Shown here: positions 1 to 10,275 of the stretch, piece after piece
Layout: each line of letters begins with the position of its first letter
Position numbering within the stretch: position 1 is the stretch's first letter
Source of the DNA: a virus
Length of the DNA stretch: 64,000 nucleotides
Reading direction: 5' to 3' (one strand)
Virus record (IMG/VR): IMGVR_UViG_3300042387_002331
Notes under the pieces: generated by a model
Database searches by the model: none
The model's input: only the letters and a program-made list of their open reading frames with translations
What the model was told of the DNA's origin: nothing
Translations under genes and position numbers: made by a program

Positions 1-1541
1 TTAATTACTTTAATAGTGGGGGAACTTCATTATTGGTTACACGTGTGGTTAGTGGTAGTACAACTACTGATTGGACTCCTGCAACTTCCTCATTTATTTC
101 TGCATCTGCTCATGCTGCTGGTGCTCCTTATAACACAGATGTGTTTGTTTTAGAAACAATTTCTGAAGGAGAACTAATGAACAATACTGGTCCTACAGGA
201 TCTAATGGAACATTATTAAGTGGCTCAACAAATAATTTTAGATGGCAAATAATCTCCCCAGATATTAATGCAGGAACATTTACTTTATTAATTAGACAAG
301 GAAATGATACTACAACAACTCCATCTATTTTAGAAACTTGGAGTAATTTATCGTTAGATCCATTTGCTTCAAATTATGTTGAAAAAGTAATAGGTAACCA
401 AGTTGAAGTAGTCACAAATGATCCATCTACAGGTGAATATTACATCCAACTTTCAGGAAGCTTTCCTAATAAATCAGCATACGTTAGAGTTAAACAAGTA
501 AACCAAACTACCCCAGGATATTTTGATAATAATGGTGTTCCTAAAAACCAATATACTGGTTCTTTACCTCTTATTGGTAGTGGATCATTTGGAGATGGAA
601 AGGGAAGTAACATTCCTACATTTGCCGCTGGCGCATATTATGAAAATATTTCAAATACCAATATCCAAGGTTTAACAGCTAATAACTATACAGAATCTAT
701 TTCTTTATTAGCTAATGCTGATGCATTTAATTATAACTTTATTACTGCTCCCGGATTAATAGGAGATAGTACAAATTTTGCTCTTCATTACCCCGTTGTT
801 CAACAATTAATCACAATGGTTCAAAATAGAGCAGATGCAATGGCTGTAGTTGATGTTGTAGGATATAACTCAAACATTATTCCTGTAACAGCAGCTGCAA
901 ATTCTTGGGATACATCATATGCTGCAACATATTGGCCTTGGTTAAAAACAATCGACCCTAATTCAGGACAACAAGTTTGGACCCCAGCTTCAACAATTGT
1001 ACCTAGTGTATATGCATTTAATGACAATGTAGCTTATCCTTGGTTTGCACCTGCTGGTATTAACAGAGGCCTTATGACAACAGTTATTCAAACCGAAAGA
1101 ACCTTAACTCAAGGAAATAGAGATTTACTTTATCAAAACAATATAAACCCAATTGCAACTTTTCCAGGATCTGGAGTTGTAGTATTTGGACAAAAAACAT
1201 TACAGAAGAAAAAAAGTGCTTTAGATCGTGTAAACGTTAGACGTTTATTAATTGAACTCAAAAGTTATATTTCCCAAATAGGTGATACTTTTGTGTTTGA
1301 ACAAAATGATGCAATTACAAGAAATAATTTTGTAGCAGCCATCAACCCATATTTATCATCCGTTCAACAACAACAAGGTTTAACAGCTTTTAAAGTTATT
1401 ATGGATGAATCAAACAATCCTCCTTCAGTAGTAGACCAAAATCAACTAATAGGTCAAATTTATTTACAACCTACTAGAACTGCTGAATTTATTATATTAG
1501 ACTTTAACATATTACCTACAGGTGCAACCTTCCCTCAGTAG
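1..1541 (+). CDS. Contractile tail sheath protein 1 (5' end outside window)
   Basis: Sheath motifs WFAPAGINRG, GQKTLQ and LDRVNVRRL. The frame is open from base 3 (NYFNSGGTSLLVTRV), matching an internal segment of the next sheath, so the true start is upstream. Confidence 0.93.
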   Translation, partial: NYFNSGGTSLLVTRVVSGSTTTDWTPATSSFISASAHAAGAPYNTDVFVLETISEGELMNNTGPTGSNGTLLSGSTNNFRWQIISPDINAGTFTLLIRQGNDTTTTPSILETWSNLSLDPFASNYVEKVIGNQVEVVTNDPSTGEYYIQLSGSFPNKSAYVRVKQVNQTTPGYFDNNGVPKNQYTGSLPLIGSGSFGDGKGSNIPTFAAGAYYENISNTNIQGLTANNYTESISLLANADAFNYNFITAPGLIGDSTNFALHYPVVQQLITMVQNRADAMAVVDVVGYNSNIIPVTAAANSWDTSYAATYWPWLKTIDPNSGQQVWTPASTIVPSVYAFNDNVAYPWFAPAGINRGLMTTVIQTERTLTQGNRDLLYQNNINPIATFPGSGVVVFGQKTLQKKKSALDRVNVRRLLIELKSYISQIGDTFVFEQNDAITRNNFVAAINPYLSSVQQQQGLTAFKVIMDESNNPPSVVDQNQLIGQIYLQPTRTAEFIILDFNILPTGATFPQ

Positions 1542-1565
1542 TAATATATTTTAGAAAAAAAATTG

Positions 1566-1575
1566 ATATTTATAA
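1566..1575 (+). promoter_or_regulatory. Late-type motif ATAT(T/G)TATAA (representative copy)
   Basis: Further copies at 3307, 6366, 7817, 10252, 26078, 28135, 29629, 36141, 42069, 48622, 52581, 55358, 56589 and 60283, each within about 25 nt of an ATG. Confidence 0.75.
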
Positions 1576-1587
1576 TAAAAAGATAAA

Positions 1588-3291
1588 ATGGCAAATTTCA
1601 CAACTTCTCCTGGAGTAGCAATTAGCGAAATAGATAACACCTTTTTAACCGGACAACCGGTTCAAGCAGGTGCCGCTATTATAGGACCAACAGTTAAAGG
1701 TCCTTATGAAAAACCCACTCTAGTAACTTCTTATTCAGATTTCCAAATGTTGTTTGGAGATTCTTTTATTAGTGGTGGTAATTCTTATTCATATTTAACT
1801 TCAATTGCTGCTTACAATTATTTCAATTATGGAGGAACTTCATTATTAGTAGCCCGAGTAGCTACAGGTTCTTATACTTCTGCTACAAGTTCTAAAATTG
1901 AAAATTACTTTACCTCAGAATCATTTACTTTAGAAACCATTTCAGAAGGAATCATCATGAACAATTCAGGTTCAGGAGCTTCAGGTTCTTTACTTTTAGG
2001 AACTAAGGATAATGTAAGATGGGAAATTACCAATTCAAATACTGGATCAGGTACATTTAACGTATTAATTAGACGTGGAAATGATACTCAAAATAATAAA
2101 ACTATTCTTGAAGCTTGGAATAATGTAACATTAGATCCAAATTCAAATCGTTATATTGCTAGAGTAATTGGTGATCAAAAATTACAATACAATTCTTCAG
2201 CTAATCAAATGGACTTATCTGGAAGTTATCCAAACAACTCAAGATATGTACGTGTAAAAGCTGTAAATTATCCAACACCAAACTATTTTGATGCAAACGG
2301 AATTGCAGTTTCTGCATATACTGCTTCAATTCCAGTAAATGGAAGTGGTTCTTTAGATGGTGCTTTTGGAGGTGCTACTGGAACAACAGGTAGTACTATT
2401 AATTTATATGATAATATCTCAACAAACACTCAAGGTGTAATGGGATATGATTATAACAACATGATTTCATTATTAGGTAATCCTGAAGCATATCAATATA
2501 ATTTATTGTTTACTCCTGGTTTATTAAACGATACTCATACTGCTCAAATTACTAACCTTATTACTAACACAACTGCTAGAGGTGATAGTATGTTAGTATT
2601 TGATTTAACTGATTTTAACAGTGTAATTGGAGATGCAGTAACACAAGCTCAAACTCGTGATACTTCATATGCCGCTTCATATTGGCCTTGGGTTCGTATT
2701 ATTGACCCAGCAACCGGAAAACATGTTTGGTCACCTGCTTCAACAGTAATCCCAGGCGTATATGCATTTAATGATAAAGTATCTGCTCCATGGTTTGCAC
2801 CTGCAGGTATTAATCGTGGTGGTTTAAGTACAGTATTACAAGCACAATATAAATTAACTCAAGCAAATAGAGATACTTTATATGCAAATAATGTTAACCC
2901 AATTGCAACATTACCTAAACAAGGTGTTGTAGTATACGGACAGAAAACATTACAAAAAGCTCAATCTGCTTTAGATCGTGTAAATGTACGTCGTTTGATG
3001 ATTGAATTAAAAAGTTACATTCGTCAAATTGCTGATACTATTGTATTTGAACAAAATACTATTCAAACTAGAACTTCATTTATATCAAGAGTTAACCCAT
3101 ATTTAGAAGCTATCCAACAAAAACAAGGATTATATGCTTTTAAAGTAGTAATGGATGATTCAAATAACGGACCAGCTGTAATTGATCAAAACCAATTAGT
3201 AGGACAAATTTACATCCAACCAACACGCACAGCTGAATTTATTTCTTTGGATTTCATCTTGTTACCAACAGGAGCAGAATTCCCAGGATAA
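1588..3291 (+). CDS. Contractile tail sheath protein 2
   Basis: N-terminal SPGV..EID, plus WFAPAGINRG, GQKTLQ, RVNVRRL and PTRTAEFI; paralogue of the upstream gene. Confidence 0.95.
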   Translation: MANFTTSPGVAISEIDNTFLTGQPVQAGAAIIGPTVKGPYEKPTLVTSYSDFQMLFGDSFISGGNSYSYLTSIAAYNYFNYGGTSLLVARVATGSYTSATSSKIENYFTSESFTLETISEGIIMNNSGSGASGSLLLGTKDNVRWEITNSNTGSGTFNVLIRRGNDTQNNKTILEAWNNVTLDPNSNRYIARVIGDQKLQYNSSANQMDLSGSYPNNSRYVRVKAVNYPTPNYFDANGIAVSAYTASIPVNGSGSLDGAFGGATGTTGSTINLYDNISTNTQGVMGYDYNNMISLLGNPEAYQYNLLFTPGLLNDTHTAQITNLITNTTARGDSMLVFDLTDFNSVIGDAVTQAQTRDTSYAASYWPWVRIIDPATGKHVWSPASTVIPGVYAFNDKVSAPWFAPAGINRGGLSTVLQAQYKLTQANRDTLYANNVNPIATLPKQGVVVYGQKTLQKAQSALDRVNVRRLMIELKSYIRQIADTIVFEQNTIQTRTSFISRVNPYLEAIQQKQGLYAFKVVMDDSNNGPAVIDQNQLVGQIYIQPTRTAEFISLDFILLPTGAEFPG

Positions 3292-3337
3292 AAATTTAAA
3301 ATTTAGATATTTATAATAAAATTAAAATAGAAAACAA

Positions 3338-3826
3338 ATGGCAATTTTAAATCCAAACGAAATATTTTATACAGCGTTTGAACCAAAACAAACAAACCGT
3401 TTTATCCTTTATATGGATGGAGTTCCTTCATACCTAGTAAAAGGAGTAGGAGCTGTTTCTTTAACCCAAACTGCAGTTGCTCTTAACCATATTAACGTTC
3501 AACGTTATGTAAAAGGAAAAACAAAATGGAATACCATTCAGTTTACAATGTATGAATCAATTACTCCTTCGGGTGCCCAAGCAGTAATGGAATGGGTACG
3601 TTTAGGCCACGAATCAGTAACAGGTAGAGATGGATATTCTGACTTCTACAAGAAAGATATTACATTTAATGTTTTAGGTCCTGTAGGTGATATTGTTTCT
3701 GAATGGATTATTAAAGGAGCTGTTATTACTGAAGTTAACTTTGGAGACTATAACTGGGACGACGATGGAACCCCAGTAAATATCCAAGTAACTGTTCAAC
3801 CTGACTACTGTATTTTGAACTACTAA
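3338..3826 (+). CDS. Tail tube protein (T4 gp19-like)
   Basis: 162 aa directly after the sheaths; FEPK..NRF, W..I.FT.Y, YKKDI and W...GA tube-type motifs. Confidence 0.88.
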   Translation: MAILNPNEIFYTAFEPKQTNRFILYMDGVPSYLVKGVGAVSLTQTAVALNHINVQRYVKGKTKWNTIQFTMYESITPSGAQAVMEWVRLGHESVTGRDGYSDFYKKDITFNVLGPVGDIVSEWIIKGAVITEVNFGDYNWDDDGTPVNIQVTVQPDYCILNY

Positions 3827-3850
3827 TATTAGGTTAAAAATATTTTTAAT

Positions 3851-3878
3851 AAAGCTCCAAAGAAATTTGGGGCTTTTA
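3851..3878 (+). terminator. Intrinsic terminator after the tube gene; right arm carries the TTG of the next promoter
   Basis: aaagctccaa-agaaa-tttggggctttt. Confidence 0.75.
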
Positions 3879-3901
3879 TTTTCTTTTAATATACTAAAGC
3901 T

Positions 3902-6361
3902 ATGAAAACAATTAAAGTACTTTTATTTACGTTATTGACTAGTTTTATTTATAGTCAATATTGCCCATTTTTAGGGCCCGATCAATATTTACCTTGTGGT
4001 ACAAACTCAACAACTTTAACCGCAGATTTAAGTCAATGTATTGCAGGTAATAACCCTAATCAAACAACAAATTATAGTGTAGCTAACATACCCTATGTGC
4101 CTCAAATTAATGCTGGTACTTTAGTTCCTTTAGGGGATGATGTTCAATCGAATCCTTATAATATAGGATTTACATTTTGTTTTTATGGTCAAACATATAC
4201 ACAATTTAGGATCGGTTCAAATGGTTGGATTTCATTAGGTCCTGGAGGTCAACCTACAAATTTTACTTCAATGCAGATTCCAACTGCAAATGCTGCCGCA
4301 CCTAAAAATTGCATTATGGGTCCTTGGCAAGATTGGAACCCTGGAGCCGGTGGACAAATTAGATTCCAAACATCAGGTATAGCACCATGTAGAAAATTAA
4401 CCGTAAGTTGGATTGGTGTCCCAATGTTTTCATGTATTAATTTACAGGGAACTTTTCATATCGTATTATATGAATCTACTAATGTAATAGAAAATCACAT
4501 AGCAAATAAACCAAACTGTCCTCAATGGGCCGGAGGAACAGCTGTTCAAGGTATTCATAATACAGCAGGAACACAAGCAGTAACTGTTCCCGGAAGAAAT
4601 TCTACCCAATGGACAACCACAAATAATGCTTGGCGATGGACACCTAGTGGACCCGTTGTTACTCCAACATTAACTTGGTATCAAGTAGGTAATCCTGTTC
4701 CAATTGCAACAGGTGTGAACCAAATTACCGTGACTCCCCCTGTTCAAGGAGCTTATTACACATGTCATTTAGAATACCCTACTTGTAATGCAGGATGGTC
4801 AACTTGTAATGCTGGAGTTGGGTTAGGTCCTGATACAGTGTTTGTACAACCGGGTCCACCAAATTTAAATCAACCAAATTTTGTAAACACAAATCCTTTA
4901 TGTAATGGAGATTGTAACGGATCTATTACAGTAAATCCTACAAATGGTACAGCTCCATTTAATTATGCTTGGGTTACTTTACAAACTACCCCAACAATAA
5001 ACAATTTATGTGCAGGAAACTATATAGTAACAATTACCGATGCAAATAACTGTACTGTAACAGCAAATACCACATTAATTGATCCTCCTGTTTTAGCAGT
5101 ACCTTTAATGGCTGCAACTAATCCTGTTTGTTTTGGAGATTGTAACGGTACAGCAACAGCAAACCCAACTGATGGTATTGCTCCATATACTTATTTATGG
5201 GGGGATGGGCAAACAAATCAAACTGCGATTAATTTATGTGCTGGAACGTATAGTGTAACAGTAACAGATGCAAATGGATGTCCTGCTTCAAATACTATTG
5301 CTTTAGTAAATCCTCCAATAGTCGTAGTAGGAAGTATTACTTCATTAGATACAATATGCTACTTATCCTCTAACGAAACATACTCAGTACCAAGTTTAGG
5401 CGCAGGATATTCTTATAATTGGTCTAGTATAGGAAATATTACCTCAGGTCAAGGAACTAATAATATCACAGTAGATTGGTCTACATTACCTGCAGGGTTT
5501 ATACCTGGAGCTGTTAACGTTATAGCGATAAATCAGTTTGGTTGTACAAGTTTACCACAAGCAGTTGATGTTCATATTTTAAACATTTTACCCACGATAG
5601 ACTCGATTGCTCCACTATGTGACTATAGTAATTGTGTAACCTTAACTGGAATCCCTATTGGAGGAATATTTACAGGAAATGGAATAAATGGAAATACATT
5701 TTGCCCTTCACCTTTAATTGCAGGAAATAATACGATAACATATACTTATGCACAATCAAATTGTACTTTTGATACTACTTGCCAAATAACTGTTTACCCT
5801 AGACCTGCTATTTCACAAATTCAAAATGATTTAGGAAACTTAACATCTGAATTTATAGAATTGTGTGAAGGAGATAGTATAGGTAGAATTTATAATGCAA
5901 CCGCTTTAGGTGGAGGTAATGTAGTATGGATTTTAAACCAAGATAGTATTGCAAACCCAACATTACCCATTGCATGGAATAGCTTTGGAACATTTACCTT
6001 TTCAGCTGTAACATATGAAAACGGATGTGTATCTTATCCTGTATCATTTGCAACTACCATCCAAAGATGCCCTGAAGAATTAATTTACATTCCAAACACA
6101 TTTACTCCAGATGGAGATGAAAATAACAATACTTGGTCCCCAGTATTTACTTCAGGTTTTGATCCTGCTGATTTCCATTTAACCGTTTATAATAGATGGG
6201 GAGAATTAGTATTTGAAAGTTATAACAGTGCTGCTTCTTGGGATGGAACATACAACAATACAAAATGTCAAGATGGAGTTTATACTTGGGTTATAGTTTA
6301 TGGAGATAAAAATACAGATAAAGAAACATTAATTAAAGGAAACGTTACCCTTATTAGATAG
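3902..6361 (+). CDS. T9SS cargo protein with SprB-like repeats and a gliding-motility-associated (type B) C-terminal domain
   Basis: Signal peptide MKTIKVLLFTLLTSFIYS|Q; C.G.C.G...GTAP(F/Y).Y.W...NLCAG.Y.VT.TDAN.C repeats; C-terminal IPNTFTPDGD..N...VYNRWG..VF...WDG...GVY. Confidence 0.88.
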   Translation: MKTIKVLLFTLLTSFIYSQYCPFLGPDQYLPCGTNSTTLTADLSQCIAGNNPNQTTNYSVANIPYVPQINAGTLVPLGDDVQSNPYNIGFTFCFYGQTYTQFRIGSNGWISLGPGGQPTNFTSMQIPTANAAAPKNCIMGPWQDWNPGAGGQIRFQTSGIAPCRKLTVSWIGVPMFSCINLQGTFHIVLYESTNVIENHIANKPNCPQWAGGTAVQGIHNTAGTQAVTVPGRNSTQWTTTNNAWRWTPSGPVVTPTLTWYQVGNPVPIATGVNQITVTPPVQGAYYTCHLEYPTCNAGWSTCNAGVGLGPDTVFVQPGPPNLNQPNFVNTNPLCNGDCNGSITVNPTNGTAPFNYAWVTLQTTPTINNLCAGNYIVTITDANNCTVTANTTLIDPPVLAVPLMAATNPVCFGDCNGTATANPTDGIAPYTYLWGDGQTNQTAINLCAGTYSVTVTDANGCPASNTIALVNPPIVVVGSITSLDTICYLSSNETYSVPSLGAGYSYNWSSIGNITSGQGTNNITVDWSTLPAGFIPGAVNVIAINQFGCTSLPQAVDVHILNILPTIDSIAPLCDYSNCVTLTGIPIGGIFTGNGINGNTFCPSPLIAGNNTITYTYAQSNCTFDTTCQITVYPRPAISQIQNDLGNLTSEFIELCEGDSIGRIYNATALGGGNVVWILNQDSIANPTLPIAWNSFGTFTFSAVTYENGCVSYPVSFATTIQRCPEELIYIPNTFTPDGDENNNTWSPVFTSGFDPADFHLTVYNRWGELVFESYNSAASWDGTYNNTKCQDGVYTWVIVYGDKNTDKETLIKGNVTLIR

Positions 6362-6379
6362 TACAATATTTATAATAGT

Positions 6380-6751
6380 ATGAAACTGAACCACTTACGT
6401 ACTTTAGTTAAAGAGGAGCTTAATAAGCGACTAAACGAAGAATACCAAGACAAATTTAAAATGGTTGGTATGCTTATAACCAACATTAAAAAACGCCCAC
6501 AAAAAGAAATATTTTCTGATATCCGATCAATCCCAGGAGTAACCGTAGCATCTGTTAAAGAACCTATGGAATATAGTGAACAAGACACAGAAAAATTCCA
6601 GTCAATTATGACTGTAAAAGTTGATGGTCATCCTTGGATTACAAAAGGTGGTTTTGATCGTACAAAAATGGAAGATATTCGTAAAGCAATATTAAAGGTA
6701 GAAGGAGTTTTATCATATAATGTAAATCCTGATAATATTTCTTCTCTTTAA
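6380..6751 (+). CDS. Hypothetical late protein with LRTLVKEE...LNEE leader
   Basis: 123 aa ORF with ATATTTATAA at 6366-6375. Confidence 0.7.
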   Translation: MKLNHLRTLVKEELNKRLNEEYQDKFKMVGMLITNIKKRPQKEIFSDIRSIPGVTVASVKEPMEYSEQDTEKFQSIMTVKVDGHPWITKGGFDRTKMEDIRKAILKVEGVLSYNVNPDNISSL

Positions 6752-6792
6752 TATATGTATATAGGACAATAAAGTTATATTAAATAAAAATT

Positions 6793-7521
6793 ATGAGTGA
6801 ATTTAAATTACCAACTGAAACAGTTGAATTACCTTCTAAAGGCTTACTATATCCTGAAGATTCTGAATTAGCAAAAGGTACTGTTGAAATTAAATACATG
6901 ACTGCTAAAGAAGAAGATATTCTTACCAACCAATCATATATTAAAAACGGTACTGTATTGGATAAATTAATGAAATCATTAATTGTGTCAAAAATTAATT
7001 ATGATGATATTTTAATTGGTGATAAAAATGCAATTATGGTTGCTGCTCGTATTTTAGGATATGGTGCTGAATATACTTTTAATTATTTAGGTGATTCTCA
7101 TACAGTAGATTTATCTCAAGTTGAAAATAAACCACTTAAAGAAGAATTATTTGCAAATCGTGTAAACGAATTTACCTTTACCCTTCCTAAATCAGGTAAT
7201 GTAGTTACATTTAAACTTTTAAGTCATAAAGACGAACAAGATATTGCTCGTGAACTAGAAGGTTTGAAAAAAATCAATAAAGATGCCTCTCCCGAACTTT
7301 CAACCCGTTTAAAATACCTAATCACCTCAGTAGAAGGAAAACGAGATAAAAAAGACATTCGAGAATTTGTCGACAATTATCTTCTCGCCCAAGACTCCAG
7401 GGCATTAAGAGAATATATTAGAGAGATTCAACCAGATGTTGATCTAACTTTTTTTCCCGACGGGAGTGACGATAGAATCAGTATCCCAATTGGGATTAGC
7501 TTTTTTTGGCCTGACCTATGA
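6793..7521 (+). CDS. Baseplate hub assembly / tail assembly chaperone (T4 gp26-like)
   Basis: LPS.G..Y, MTAKEEDIL and C-terminal ..FFWP; upstream of the tape measure gene. Confidence 0.75.
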   Translation: MSEFKLPTETVELPSKGLLYPEDSELAKGTVEIKYMTAKEEDILTNQSYIKNGTVLDKLMKSLIVSKINYDDILIGDKNAIMVAARILGYGAEYTFNYLGDSHTVDLSQVENKPLKEELFANRVNEFTFTLPKSGNVVTFKLLSHKDEQDIARELEGLKKINKDASPELSTRLKYLITSVEGKRDKKDIREFVDNYLLAQDSRALREYIREIQPDVDLTFFPDGSDDRISIPIGISFFWPDL

Positions 7522-7801
7522 AATAGCTCCCCAAGCTAGGGCTGCTGTATTTACACAAATTCATGAGATAGTTTTTCACGGTAAAGGTGGATACGATTGG
7601 GATACAATCTATAACATGCCTATATGGCTCCGCCGTTTTACATTCTCAAAAATTCAAGATTTTTATACCGAAGAAAAAAATGCTCTTGAAAACAAAGTAG
7701 GTGATGGAAAGAAAACAGTCATCAACCCAGATGGTACAATAAAAGCTCCTGAATTGCTTCAAAAAGCACTACAAAGCAAAAATGTTCCTAAATATAGCTA
7801 A
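7466..7801 (+). CDS. gp51-like / gpT-like chaperone extension, probably reached by frameshift
   Basis: YDWDTIYNMPIWLRRF motif; no usable ATG upstream of it; overlaps the previous gene across a T7 run. Confidence 0.65.
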   Translation: MTIESVSQLGLAFFGLTYEIAPQARAAVFTQIHEIVFHGKGGYDWDTIYNMPIWLRRFTFSKIQDFYTEEKNALENKVGDGKKTVINPDGTIKAPELLQKALQSKNVPKYS

Positions 7802-7839
7802 AAATGTTGATTTTCAATATTTATAATAAAATCATTTAA

Positions 7840-10245
7840 ATGGCTTTAACTCCTAAAGAACAAGAAAAGTTAAATAAACTTATCCAAGAAGGTATTAAAC
7901 TAGCTCAGCAGTTAAATGATACCCAACAAGCAACAAGTTTTCAAAATTTTACTGGGAGTCTTTCTGATGCTGAACGAATAGTTAAATCATTAAGACAAGA
8001 TTGGGCTGATTATGTTTCTGATATTGGAGGAGCTAGAGAAGGTTTTACTAGAATTGTTGATGAGATGAAAAACATGAATAGTGGACTTGGAAAATCTAAA
8101 GCAGCATTTTCAGATTTATCCAGTTTAGCAGCAAAATTACAAAGTCACCAACAAGGAATATCTACTTTATCAGTAAAAGAATTACAAAATTTAAAGAAAA
8201 AAGTTGCTGAAAAATTAAACGATTTAAAACTTTCCCAAAAACTTATAGCTGACGAAATTTCAGGATTAGAAAATAAAAGTACACTTGAAGCTAATGAGGT
8301 AGCTCGTTTAACTAAATTAAGGGCGGCTCAAAATGAAATTAATAGTGAATTAAGTGAACAAAGTGTCCATATAAATAGATTTAATGCTCAGTTAGACGAA
8401 CAAATTAAGTTAGAAGAACAAATCAATTCTAAACTTGGTCTTACAGGCAAGTTAATAAAAGGAATTAGCCAAGTACCATTAGTTGGTAAATTTATTGATG
8501 CTGATAAAGCATTAGGCAAAATGCGAGATACTGCTAAAGATGGTGGTGGAAAATTAGCAACTTTAGGAGCAGGATTTAAATCTATTGGCGGTGATATAGC
8601 AAAAGGACTTACAGACCCTTTATTTTTAGTCACTCAGCTAGTTAAAATGTTTATAGATGTAGATAAGCAAGCTGGAGCTTTTGCTAAATCACAAAACATA
8701 AGTTATAAAGATGCATTAAAAATGAGAGAAGAATATGCTGCTATGGCAGTTTCTTCTGGAGATATGTCATTAAATGCTAGGGCATTTATGGAAACCCAAA
8801 GTGCTATTGGCACCTCATTAGGAACAAATGCTAAACTTAATAAAGCTGATTTAGAAACCTTTACTAAACTACGTGAAAAAGCAGGACTTACTAATGAAGA
8901 GTTAGTTTCAATTCAAAAAGTATCCTTAGTAAACGGAAAAACCTTAGCCCAAAATTCCTCAGAAATATTAGGAGGTGCTAAAGCATATGCTATGCGTAAT
9001 AAACTTGTTATAAACGAAAAACAAGTATTAAAAGACGTTTCTAAAGCATCATCTGCTTTAACTTTAAGTTTAGGAGGAAGTTTAAAAGCTGTATCCGAAG
9101 CTGTAGTAAAAGCTAAACAATTTGGTTTGACTCTTGAACAAACCGAAAAAATGTCTGAAAGCTTATTAAACTTTGAACAATCTATTGAAAGTGAATTAAG
9201 TGCAGAATTACTTTTAGGTAAAGATTTAAATTTTGAACGAGCAAGAGGATTAGCATTAAACGGAAAAACTGCTGATGCTGCCGCTGAGATAGCAGCCCAA
9301 GTAGGCTCAGCTGCTGATTTTGGTAAATTAAACGTAATCCAACAAGAAGCTATTGCTAAAGCTATTGGGTTAAATCGAGAAGAATTAGCTAAATCATTAA
9401 TAGAAAGAGAAGCGTTAGCTAAAATTGGTTTTAAAGATGCTGAAGCTGCTAAAGCAAGATATGAAGAATTAAGAAAAACCCGTACTGCTGAAGAAGCAGC
9501 TAAAGAATTAGGTGATGAACAATTAGCTTTGCAATTTGAACAACAATCTAATGCTGAAAAATTTGCTCAAACTATGGAGCATGTTAAAGAAATTTTTGTT
9601 AGCATTGTTGATGGTCCTATGGGTTTAATACTAAACTTCTTAGGTGAAATGTTAAAAAATACTACATTAATATACTCAATTACTGGACTTTTAGCAGGAT
9701 TATATGCTGGAAAATTAGTTGGGGGTATTATTATGGCTATTGGACGAACTATAGCTTTAATAGCTGCTAATACCGCAAACGCTGCTGCAGCTACTGCTGC
9801 ATCTACAGCTATGTCATTTGGAGCTATAGTCCCTGTTATATTAGCAGGAGTAGGAGCCGTTATAGGAGCAATCGCTGCATATAAAGCTGATGACTTAATG
9901 TCCGCCCCTCCAGGATACGGTAAACGCACCTTAGTAGGCCCAGAAGGAGCAATCCAATTAAACGATAAAGATACAGTTATTGCAGGTACAAATTTATTTG
10001 GAAACGACGTTAAATCTGAACCAGGTAAAGCTACCAAAATGGGTGGGAAAGGAGAAATTAAATTAGGTGGTGATTCTTCATCTGTAGTAAATGCCATAAT
10101 GGAACTAAGAAAAGATGTAAACGCTTTAGCTAATCGTCCAATAAATGTAGCTATTGATGGTAAAAAAGTAATTGAAGCAACAACTGGTGATAACCCAAAT
10201 ACTCAAGGAGACGAAAATAGAAAAAATAGTTACAAAATGTCTTAA
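7840..10245 (+). CDS. Tape measure protein
   Basis: 801 aa, Ala/Leu/Lys/Glu-rich helical with a hydrophobic C-terminal stretch; follows the chaperone pair. Confidence 0.8.
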   Translation: MALTPKEQEKLNKLIQEGIKLAQQLNDTQQATSFQNFTGSLSDAERIVKSLRQDWADYVSDIGGAREGFTRIVDEMKNMNSGLGKSKAAFSDLSSLAAKLQSHQQGISTLSVKELQNLKKKVAEKLNDLKLSQKLIADEISGLENKSTLEANEVARLTKLRAAQNEINSELSEQSVHINRFNAQLDEQIKLEEQINSKLGLTGKLIKGISQVPLVGKFIDADKALGKMRDTAKDGGGKLATLGAGFKSIGGDIAKGLTDPLFLVTQLVKMFIDVDKQAGAFAKSQNISYKDALKMREEYAAMAVSSGDMSLNARAFMETQSAIGTSLGTNAKLNKADLETFTKLREKAGLTNEELVSIQKVSLVNGKTLAQNSSEILGGAKAYAMRNKLVINEKQVLKDVSKASSALTLSLGGSLKAVSEAVVKAKQFGLTLEQTEKMSESLLNFEQSIESELSAELLLGKDLNFERARGLALNGKTADAAAEIAAQVGSAADFGKLNVIQQEAIAKAIGLNREELAKSLIEREALAKIGFKDAEAAKARYEELRKTRTAEEAAKELGDEQLALQFEQQSNAEKFAQTMEHVKEIFVSIVDGPMGLILNFLGEMLKNTTLIYSITGLLAGLYAGKLVGGIIMAIGRTIALIAANTANAAAATAASTAMSFGAIVPVILAGVGAVIGAIAAYKADDLMSAPPGYGKRTLVGPEGAIQLNDKDTVIAGTNLFGNDVKSEPGKATKMGGKGEIKLGGDSSSVVNAIMELRKDVNALANRPINVAIDGKKVIEATTGDNPNTQGDENRKNSYKMS

Positions 10246-10275
10246 TACATAATATTTATAATAAAATAAATAACC

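Noticed and set aside
7449-7470. Canonical -1 frameshift at the first T7 run
   Set aside because: The -1 frame hits TGA within about six codons; only the +1/-2 frame is open.
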